10,369 bases of DNA from assembly GCA_043228905.1 (NCBI GenBank), contig JBHGNT010001280.1:1-10369 (forward strand), given 5' to 3'. A program made the position numbers and the translations under genes. The notes beneath the pieces were generated by a model. That model saw nothing but the letters and a program-made list of their open reading frames with translations. It was not told the DNA's origin and did not search any database. Source of the stretch: Azolla caroliniana (taxonomy: Eukaryota; Plantae; Polypodiophyta). This document shows, piece after piece, positions 1 to 7,940 of this stretch (positions are counted from its first letter, which is position 1; every line of letters starts with the position of its first letter).

Positions 1-102
1 AAGGGCATTGACCAACTAGCGCCCATGCTACCGTGTATAGAATTTGTTGTAAATTCCAAAGTTCAAGGTTGTTCCTTGACTTTAACCCATGAATATTATA
101 AT

Positions 103-114
103 TATAGATTGACA
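103..114 (+). repeat. Left terminal inverted repeat of hAT element
   Basis: TATAGATTGACA, preceded by TSD ATTATAAT at 95-102. Confidence 0.85.
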
Positions 115-329
115 TATTCGCATTCATGGGGTCTCCCCCACAAATACATACGAATACGAATATGAATGCATGAAAAAATATTCATTTAAAACAAAAATAA
201 AAGTACTCATTCATAGAGCTGCGAATAGAGAACAACGAACAATGAATTGCAAATATCAAACAGTGAACAATGAACAGTTGTGTATGCGCCTACATCCTTG
301 CCTCCACCTGCACTTTGTTCCTTGCAAAT

Positions 330-337
330 TAGGGTTT
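330..337 (-). promoter_or_regulatory. Telo-box-like motif (AAACCCTA) in hAT 5' region
   Basis: TAGGGTTT upstream of a CT-rich tract (371-390). A common plant promoter motif, single occurrence, function unproven. Confidence 0.3.
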
Positions 338-482
338 GGTTGAAATTCACCCCACTTTGAAATCAGTCAGTCTCTCTTCTCATCTCATCTATTAGAGAAG
401 GCACAACCATGGGTTTAGTTTATGAATGTACTCAAACATATCATAGAAGAAATAAACCACATTAGATGTAGAACATATCATG

Positions 483-1096
483 TGTTAGGAAATAGGTCCC
501 TTTGGATGGGTAGAGCACGAGCCGGGTCGGATGGAGTCAATTAGGCACTGACTAGAGAGACAAGCCGAATCAGTTGATAGCTAACTCGGTTGAGGTTGAA
601 AAATTGATTGATCGATAACCGAATCGGCTAAAGGTGATTGGGTTATATTTGTAAATAGGTTATGTCGCATCTATTTGGGCCAAAGTTGTTAATAACCTTA
701 AAGTTGTATTAGTATAAATACAACTCGGGCAAATCATTATAAAAAAGATGGACATGTACAATTTGCATTGTTGTAACTAGTGCAACAATGTGTGTGCAAC
801 TAGAATGTAAGAGAGAGAGAGAGAGTTGTAACTTTGTAGCCGTCTATCAGACGAAGAAGAGTTACTTAAGGTTATTGCCTTAAGAGTTTCTTATTTTTGG
901 TGTATTCCTCTTACCTTAGTGACTCGGTTGGAGTTTGTGGACTCCCGTGGTTTTTCCCTTTTAGGTTTCCAAGTAAAATCTTGTGTCTTTAATTTCTACT
1001 TTGTCTATTGTCTCGTGGTTGTCTTGATCTCTGCACGTCTCACTCGCACGTGTGGACCGGTTGTGGCCGGCTTCATATTTTGCATTATTCTCAACA
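483..1096 (+). mobile_element. Solo LTR (family A, copia) inserted in hAT transposase
   Basis: TGTTAGG...TCAACA ends. Flanks TCATG (478-482) and TAATG (1097-1101) form a 5-bp TSD with one mismatch. There is no PBS or PPT adjacent, TATAAATA lies at 713-720, and the sequence is homologous to the LTR at 5957-6522. Removing it restores the transposase frame. Confidence 0.9.
811..825. repeat. (GA)7 microsatellite inside solo LTR A
   Basis: GAGAGAGAGAGAGAG seen directly. Confidence 0.85.
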
Positions 1097-1990
1097 TAAT
1101 GCTTGATGAAATTAGAGGAATATTTATGCAAAGATAGACAATGCTACAATCATCGTTGCATGCAACCGGTTTTATTTTGCATCCAATTTGGAGAGAGAAA
1201 ATTCAAGATATTGATGACAAGGCCAACACAAGTTGGATGGAAACTATTATGTGTTATACTAATGGTGGTGTATATCTATGTGGTGTTTTATTGGATGAAT
1301 TCTATGCTTATAGAACTCAAGAAAAAGTACGTTTCAAGTTCTTATGGAAAATGATTCGAATAGAATGCATAATGCAATTAAGGGGTGGGAAACATTTGGA
1401 GGATGCACTTGAAAATTAAAAAGACTTGCAATTTTTGTGCTTTCTCAAGGTTCATTTGTATCTTCTTGTGAAAAAAATTGGAGCACATTCTCATTAATAT
1501 ATACCAAAGAAGAAATAGATTGACTCATGTCATGTTGAGAAATTGGTTTATATACATACAAATCATTGTCTCATTAGAAGAAGAATAAGGGAAAGGGGAT
1601 TATGCCTCATTGAAGTAACATTAGATATGATCAATAAAGATGATGATGATGATGAAAAGCTTCTGAGAATGCAAAACCAAGATAATGATGAAAATGATGA
1701 AGTTCGTGAGGATATTATTGATGAGCTTGAAGATATGGATGGTGAATATGATAGTGCATAGACTCGTAAATTTAGAAGAATTACTTAGAAGTTAGAAGTC
1801 TTTAACTACAACTTTTCTTATGTCGGTGTGATTTTGGACCCTATTTCTATTAATGAGTAATTGTTCTTTTTTTAGTGAATTAATTTATTTTTTTTCCAAA
1901 ACGAATGGTTTTATAATTTTCTTGGGGCCATTTCTTATTCTTGAATATTGCGAATATCACGCATGAAGAATATCACGAATAGCATGCATG

Positions 1991-2002
1991 TGTTAATCTA
2001 TG
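1991..2002 (-). repeat. Right terminal inverted repeat of hAT element
   Basis: TGTTAATCTATG (reverse complement CATAGATTAACA), followed by TSD ATTATAAT at 2003-2010. Confidence 0.85.
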
Positions 2003-2285
2003 ATTATAATGAAGATGAATGTATGAAAGGGCCCTTGGAATTGTAGAACATCTCACAACAAAAATAGATTCTCCAAGCTCAGCTCTACCTAACACTGTAA
2101 GGGTAAAGTTGACATGTTTATTCTTGATTTTATAATTGTGTGTACTAATTTCTAATATTTCTGTCAATGAAAGGTCACCAAGAGCCTATGAAGAAGTGTA
2201 ACATTGTATGGAAATTTTATGGAAAGGGGAAGAAATGCAGAATTTCCTATAACGGTTGGTCATGCATATTCTCACATACTTTGAG

Positions 2286-2740
2286 TGTGGTAAAACTAAT
2301 AAGTATGACTAATGGTATGTACATGTGTTTTTAGACAAGGATGAAATTACAAACACAACCACCCTAATAGAGTTTACTACAGAAGTCAAGGATGGCGTGC
2401 CGAATACGGTGATATAATGGACGTATTCAACATTATCCCATTCTACAAACTAGTATAAGCTATTTTAGTAAATAGCACAAAGGGCAGTTGCCCTAACTTG
2501 GTTAGTATATAACCAAGTTTGTAACCTAGTTTGATGTTGATGTTGCCATTATTGTTGTAACTACCATTCTTAAATAATACAATTATATCTTGTGCCTCTC
2601 TGTTGTTCTCTGTCACTCTCTCCTTTGGTGCAAGTTGTCTCTGTTACATTTTTGTTCTCGATCTCTTCTCATGAACTTGCAGTCTATTAGCATATAATGC
2701 TTTAATGTACATGCTTCACTTGACGACTTAGTTTTCAACA
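2286..2740 (+). repeat. 5' LTR of copia element B (left boundary tentative)
   Basis: Ends in TAGTTTTCAACA 2 nt before a PBS. The start was chosen because TGTGGTAAAACTA resembles the inverted end TGTTGAAAACTA. TATATAA lies near 2506. No second LTR is in the window to confirm the start. Confidence 0.6.
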
Positions 2741-2742
2741 AT

Positions 2743-2755
2743 TGGTATTAGAGCC
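2743..2755 (+). other. Primer-binding site (tRNA-iMet) of element B
   Basis: TGGTATTAGAGCC versus canonical TGGTATCAGAGC(C), one C>T change. Confidence 0.9.
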
Positions 2756-2938
2756 ACATGTTCTTTCTCGCTGATGGTCGTCATTCATCCTTCCATCATC
2801 AACACTTTTGATTTGACTGTTAAAGACTTTACGTTTGTCGGATCTCTTGAACAAGATCTACAAGATTTCAATTGGATTGAAATCTTTTGTTCAGCAACTG
2901 CAGATTTACATCTTGTGAGAGGAAGAAGCACTTTGTTA

Positions 2939-3110
2939 AGTTCATGCTCATTTCAGCTAGACCATACTTCAAGTAAATCATACGGTTGTGCCTTTCTTTC
3001 TGTCGTAGCCACACTACTCGGAGAAGAACCTCGAATCAGTAGACTCAGTTCGTGTTCAATTCGGCTAGATAATATTTCTAGTAAAACAGACGGTTGTACC
3101 CTTTCCCCTG
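2939..3110 (+). repeat. Degenerate direct repeat (two copies of about 64 bp, 108 bp apart) in leader of element B
   Basis: AGTTCATGCTCATTTCAGCTAGACCATACTTCAAGTAAATCATACGGTTGT (2939) versus AGTTCGTGTTCAATTCGGCTAGATAATATTTCTAGTAAAACAGACGGTTGT (3047), about 80% identity by hand. Confidence 0.85.
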
Positions 3111-3164
3111 ATTGTAGTTACTTCGAAAAGGACTTCCGACTAGTCGACTCATGTAAAAAAAAAA

Positions 3165-4650
3165 AAGGCTTCCACATCCGGCTCGTCGGAGATGAATCTC
3201 AAGAAGTTCGAGGGCATGAACGTCAATTTCTGGAAGGAGCAAATGTAGGATTACATGATTGTGAAGGGTCAGATCGACCCAATCGAGAATGAATTTGATC
3301 CAGATAAATACAAGCCAAATGAGTGGATGAAGCTTGATTGTGTGGCCCGTGCCACCATTCGGATGCACATGTCCGAATCGGTTTAATATACGGTGTAGTC
3401 ATGTCTGATAACATACTAGCTATGGAAGAGGCTAACGAATACATGTGAAAAGAAGGTGGCCGTCACAAAGATTTATTTGATTCAACCCCTCTACAATCTT
3501 AGGATGAAGGAATCCAATTCGGACCAGGAACACCTTAATGAATACGAAAGCATAAATTCCCAATTTTTAGCTTAGGGGATGACCATTGATAATGAGCGAA
3601 AAGCTCTTGCTCATGAGCAGTCTTCCCCTTTATGGGAAACTTTTGTTATGATCGTGTGTAACGTGTCTGCTACGATCGTCACGTACTCCGAGATCACCAG
3701 CTCCATCTTGTCAGAAGATGCTCCGAGGAAATCATTCGTACACGAGTCAGCTAGTGATGCCTTTGTAGTACGGAGTTCGCCCAACCAACCAAACAATCAG
3801 GGGAGAAGTTCTTCTAGAGGGCCGAACAATGCTAAGAGCTGAAGCAAATTGGGGATACTCGAACATGCAACTATTGCAAGAAAGCCGAATGCCATGCTCT
3901 TAAGGCCAAAAATGAAAAAGTTTAGAAACCAGGGAAAATAACAAAGGAAGTCAAATTTCCGCGCAACTTCCATTGTCGGGCTTTTCAGCCGAAGCTCTTT
4001 CGGACGACCCAAATATTCTAGTCATTGAAAACATGGTCGACTCAAAAGTTTTGTATACAACTGAGGAAGCCACGAGTTGGCTTCTGAATTTAGGAGCCTC
4101 TTATCATGTGACCCCTCATCAGTCATAGTTTTAGCATTATTCGAGTCAGAATGCCAACTCGGTCCGAGCTGGCAATTCATAGTGCCATAGTCAGCATTGG
4201 CACAATAGAAATTAACCTTCCGGGTGGTTCTACTTTAGTACTACACAACGTCTCGCATGTTACTGAACTGACATGGTCACACATTTTAGTGGGACAACTT
4301 GATGAAGTAGGCATGCGTGCCAACTTCTCATCAAGAGGGTGGACACTCCATAGAGGGAACCTCTTGCTTACTCGAGGACCAAAGGTACACTCATTGCACC
4401 CACTATATGTCAGTCTCAGAGATTTTAGGTAGATATTCCAATGTTGTCCCTATGGCATGGTCGACTCAGTCAACTAAGCAAAGCCAACATCACACACTTA
4501 TTGAGAGCTGGCGACATCCCTAAACGCTCCTTCTACAACCACCAATTTTGTGAACACTGCCAATACAACAAGCACGTCACAACCTTACATCCGCCCAAAG
4601 AACCGAGAGAGTCGAATCCACTCGGCTTAGTCCATTCAGACTTTTGTGGG
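3165..4650 (+). pseudogene. Ty1/copia gag-protease-GAG-pre-integrase remnant (element B, Tnt1-like)
   Basis: Gag motifs KFEGMNVNFWKEQM*DYMIVKG, EWMKLDCVARATIRMHMSESV, LYNLRMKES..EHLNEY and WETFV. Broken zinc knuckle CNYCKKAEC (3866-3892). Protease WLLNLGASYHVTP (cf. WLLDSGAS.H). LWHGRL...CEHC...LVHSDFCG marks the integrase start, cut at 4650. Many stops and frameshifts. Confidence 0.93.
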
Positions 4651-4868
4651 TGTTGAGAATCAAACTCAATGTACTTAGTGTGGGAAAACACCTTAGGAAT
4701 AGCCAAGTGTGTGAACTTCCCACCACTTTGTATCATAACTTATGTGTCATAGAAGTTAAGTCCTACGGCACATACTTACTAGCTAGTTAAGTCTCCATCT
4801 CCTCTTCCTTGTAGTTGTTGGTTGTTTATTCTCTTGTTAATACAATTTTCTTGTTTCTGTATATCATG

Positions 4869-4924
<56 letters not shown>

Positions 4925-4965
4925 ACACCTCTTTCGCTGCACAGAACCACACCTGATTCTTTACA
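4651..4965 (+). repeat. 5' LTR of copia element C, inserted in integrase start of element B
   Basis: TGTTGAG begins exactly where HSDFCG breaks off. Ends TTTACA immediately before a PBS. Expected TSD is GTGGG (4646-4650), partner not identified in the window. Confidence 0.88.
4875..4922. repeat. Compound microsatellite (CT)15(CA)9 within LTR C
   Basis: Counted directly. Confidence 0.95.
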
Positions 4966-4976
4966 TGGTATTAGAG
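4966..4976 (+). other. Primer-binding site (tRNA-iMet) of element C
   Basis: TGGTATTAGAG directly after the LTR-terminal CA. Confidence 0.85.
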
Positions 4977-5111
4977 TGATTGGTAGCTTGATCCAAGCCC
5001 ATTTGTGTGTGTTGTGCTTACGCCAACGTTCACGAAGAACCGACCGATCACTGTAGCAGCAACCTTGCATAGCTCATATCATAGAGAAGAAGAAATCGCA
5101 AGTCGACCATC

Positions 5112-5945
5112 ATGAACACCAATGTGGGAAACTCTCTCCCCAACGAAAAACTAGACAAAAATAACTTCGCATCTTGGGAGTACAAGATGCACCAATACCT
5201 TGTTGGTCAAGGCTATTGGAGTTACATTGAGGGAGTACAAGAATCACAACCCTACCCAACATGGGAGCAAGCGGCAAGTAGTGTGTTGTATAGCCTTGCA
5301 TCATGCGTTCATGATATCACATGCTTGGCTATATCTGAGAGGCCAAGACGCTGAAGGAGGCATGGGGAAACCTGAAAAAGATCTTTGCGGCCAACATGAC
5401 TGCATAGAAACTTCAACTCCGTCAAGACTTGAATAACATTCAACAGAGGGATGTGTCGATTGGAAGCTACACCTTGAAGATCAAGGAGCTGTGCGACTCC
5501 CTCGGGTCGATCAATGTCAACATTGACGACAATGAAATGATGCAAATATGCCTCAACAGCCTACCACCCCGCTTCGACGCAATAAGGTCGGCCATCCTTG
5601 CAAGGGAGATTCCTTCCTCCTTCTTCAATCTCCAGTCGATGAAAATCACGTCCAAACGAGGGGAAACGTACAAGAAGGACAAATGCTCTATTCGAACTCA
5701 AATGGAGCGAGGGGACATGACTATGGAAGAAGTGGTCAATTTGGCCAAGGCCGACAAAACCAAGGGTAGTCCCATGAGCACAATTTCTAGTACCACCAAG
5801 ACGTCTCGAACATGCGAGGAGCACCTGGTAGAAGGGGGAGCAATCATGCTGGACCAAGCCGACAAAACAACTCTGTTTAGTGCGGATATTGTGGAAAATT
5901 CAGCCACCACGAGGCAGAAAAAGTGAGTTGGCTTTCACAAGCAGA
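5112..5945 (+). pseudogene. Ty1/copia gag remnant (element C)
   Basis: EKLDKNNFASWEYKMHQYLVGQGYWSYIEG (copia gag N-terminus), KEAWGNLKKIF, KLQLRQDLNNIQQ..SIGSYTLKIKELCDSLGSI..DDNEM..ICLNSLPPRF (UBN2-type gag), a G/R-rich linker and a partial knuckle CGYCGKFSH at 5881. Frameshifted and truncated near 5945-5956. Confidence 0.92.
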
Positions 5946-5956
5946 TTGTTAGTTTT

Positions 5957-6522
5957 TGTTGAGGATCCTACCGGCCACAACCAGTTAACACTCGTGTGCG
6001 TATACGGGTGCGAAGATCAAAGTTAACAATACACAGATATTAGAAGATAGAAGTACAGAAACACAAGATGTTTTACATGGAAAACTCGGAAAGGGAAAAA
6101 CCAAAAGAGTCCACAAACTCCAAGAAACGAATCACTATAGTGAGAGGAATACAAGGAGACTCGTAGGCAACGACATTGAGCTCGTCTTCATCTAACAAAC
6201 GGCAGTACAGTTACAACTCTCACTCTCTGTGTCTGTCTGTCTCTCACTCACTTAGTTACAGAGGTAGTTACTCACTATAACTTATTTAACAATGATCATT
6301 ACCCACTTTCATAACTACTTGCCCTAACTATATTTATACTCATATGCACATATGGCTATTTACAAATATAGCCCAGTTGGATTCGGCCGATTCATCTATC
6401 AACTGAATCGATTATCGTTCGATTATCAATCATTTGATTATTCGACCTCGACCGAGTTACCTATTGAGTCCATCCGATTCGACTCATGCTCTTCCAATCC
6501 AGAGGGACTAGCTCTCCCAACA
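5957..6522 (-). repeat. 3' LTR of minus-strand copia element A' (same LTR family as 483-1096)
   Basis: Minus strand reads TGTTGGGAGAG...CCTCAACA and is preceded by a PPT. Exact shared blocks with solo LTR A: TTGGAGTTTGTGGACTC (928-944 vs 6107-6123), GGTTGTGGCCGG (1059-1070 vs 5971-5982), AGTATAAATA (711-720 vs 6331-6340). Confidence 0.92.
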
Positions 6523-6524
6523 AA

Positions 6525-6534
6525 CTCCCCCTTC
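6525..6534 (-). other. Polypurine tract of element A'
   Basis: GAAGGGGGAG on the minus strand, 2 nt before the LTR TG and overlapping the pol stop codon (6533-6535). Confidence 0.92.
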
Positions 6535-7902
6535 ACTCCAGTATGGTGTGCTTCGTCAATCGGAACCTTTGTCGGCATGCATTCAGCTTCTTTGTTGGTA
6601 GGACCTTCGTCAGCATATCCGATCCTTTGTCGTTCATGTGGATCTTTACTAGAGCAAACTCATTTTCTTCTACTTGCTCTCAGAGCCAATGGTATCTCCT
6701 CTATATATGCTTGGTACTTGAGTGATATGTGGCATTCTTCACAAGGTGGATGGTAATTTGGTTGTTACAATAGAGTTAGAATTCCTCCTGCCAAATTTTT
6801 AGCTCTCCGATGAACTCTGAAAACGATAGCGTACGGAAGCTAAGACAATCGGCTCGTCCGGATAACAACAGACAACAGAAAACAGAGATGAAGGTTTAAT
6901 GGAAACCTTAAACACACATACACGGGAGAGACGGAGAGAGAGCAGAACAAAACTCAATTTCAAAAATAATACTCTGTACATACAATGTACTTAGAGAGCA
7001 CTTTTATACAAGTCCTTAAAAGGATTAACCGAAGTACTAACATGTACTTCAATGCTCGTACGAGCGACTGACACTAACTGCAAGGAATATGCCTACGTAC
7101 TAGGCTCGAACCGTATGCCTCCAACGGCCTACTGGTTCACACTATTCCGGAGTACGATCCGGTTCTCTAGTCCGGCTCTAGGTTCCAAATACCGATCTAT
7201 CTAGACACCAATCCGATTATTCGTTCTGTTTACCGATCCAGCTCTGGCTTATTCAGCCACTGCGGATCCGGTTGAGCTTGCCCGTTCAACAAACTCCTTC
7301 ATCCAGATTATTTCCTTGCCGGCTTCTGCAGGAGCCATGTACTCGGCTTCCGTGGTTGATAATGCCACGGCCTTCTACAACTCGATTTCCACGAGATAAC
7401 TCCCCCTACATATGTCATTACGTATCCAAATGTGGATCGGTTGGTATCTACATCAGTCAACATGTTCGAATCAGTATAACCTTCCATTATGGGGTTACCT
7501 GAGCCGAATCGGAGGCACACACTCGAGGTGCCTCTCAGGTACCGAAGTATCCATTTCACCACAACCCAATGTTCTCTTCTGGGATTGCTAATATACCGGC
7601 TGACGACTCCGACAACGTATCCAATGTCCGGCCTTGTACATACCACTACGAACATAAGGCTTTTGACAACTGAGGCATAGGGGACCTTATTCATCTCAAC
7701 CTTCTCCACTTTCGATTCCGAGCATTGAATCCTCCAACATACAACAAGAGGATGAGAAAGTCTCTTCCATCATATTTCTTAACAAAGACACAATGATCAG
7801 CTTGTGTCTTGTTGAACCTGTGATCCACCATGAAGGATTAGAATTTCCGGTACCATTGCCAGGGGAGCTTCCTTCGGTTTGTATAAGCTCTTCCTTAATC
7901 GG
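6533..7902 (-). pseudogene. Ty1/copia RT-RNase H remnant (element A', Tnt1-like), split by solo LTR D
   Basis: RLRKSLY..K.AP.QWYRKF*SFM...ADHCVFVKK..FLILLLYV [deletion] KVPYASVVKSLMFVVVCTRPDIGYVVGVVSRY...HWVVVKWILRYLRGT...GYTDS...RSTFGYV...GKEIIWMKE|FIGEL...LYCNNQITIHLVKNATYHSSTKHI*RRYHWL...SDMLTKVLP...*. Confidence 0.95.
6818..7291 (-). mobile_element. Solo LTR D inserted in RNase H of element A'
   Basis: TG...CA ends with perfect 5-bp TSD AACTC (6813-6817, 7292-7296). Excision restores MKEFIGEL. Orientation is inferred from TATAAAAG on the minus strand (7001-7008). Confidence 0.93.
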
Positions 7903-7940
7903 TTTAGGGTGAGTAGGTAAAGTAGGTGAAAAGACCGAGC

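Larger units (their letters stand above)
394..1761 (+). pseudogene. hAT transposase C-terminal remnant including dimerisation domain, split by solo LTR 483-1096
   Basis: Hand translation gives REGTTMGLVYE (394-426), then across the LTR DVEHIM|LDEIRGIFMQR*TMLQSSLHATGFILHPIW (cf. RW..L.SPLHAAG..L.P). Next, in shifted frames, come WETFGGCT*KLKRLAIFVLSQGSFVSSCEKNWSTFSLIYTK..RNRL..VEKLVYIHTNH (hAT dimerisation motif SxCERNWS) and an acidic tail ending at TAG 1761. Stops and frameshifts are present and the N-terminal part is missing. Confidence 0.92.
103..2002 (+). mobile_element. Internally deleted (non-autonomous) hAT-superfamily DNA transposon
   Basis: TATAGATTGACA (103-114) matches the reverse complement of 1991-2002 (CATAGATTAACA) at 10/12. 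Identical 8-mer ATTATAAT lies immediately outside both ends (95-102, 2003-2010), and 8-bp TSDs are typical of hAT. The element contains a hAT transposase C-terminal remnant. Confidence 0.92.

Noticed and set aside
919-1137. 72-aa hydrophobic ORF
   Set aside because: It is the T-rich 3' part of solo LTR A running into the transposase frame, not a membrane protein gene.
1-2285. Rejoined hAT flanks (1-102 plus 2011-2285) as a host exon or old copia RT start (PRAYEEV motif near 2178)
   Set aside because: The frame is open for only about 45 codons and the motif resemblance is too short to support a call.
2939-3110. CRISPR-like or repeat-spacer array
   Set aside because: Only two degenerate copies of about 64 bp in a retrotransposon leader, eukaryotic context, no cas genes.
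4864-5070. ORFs with SLSL/HTHT or ERER repeats
   Set aside because: Translation of the (CT)n(CA)n microsatellite.
5947-5956. Alternative LTR boundary at TGTTAG (5947)
   Set aside because: TGTTGAG at 5957 matches the inverted end of solo LTR A (CTCAACA), so 5957 is preferred.
6352-6756. 134-aa plus-strand ORF
   Set aside because: Antisense to copia RNase H, PPT and LTR, with no recognisable motif.
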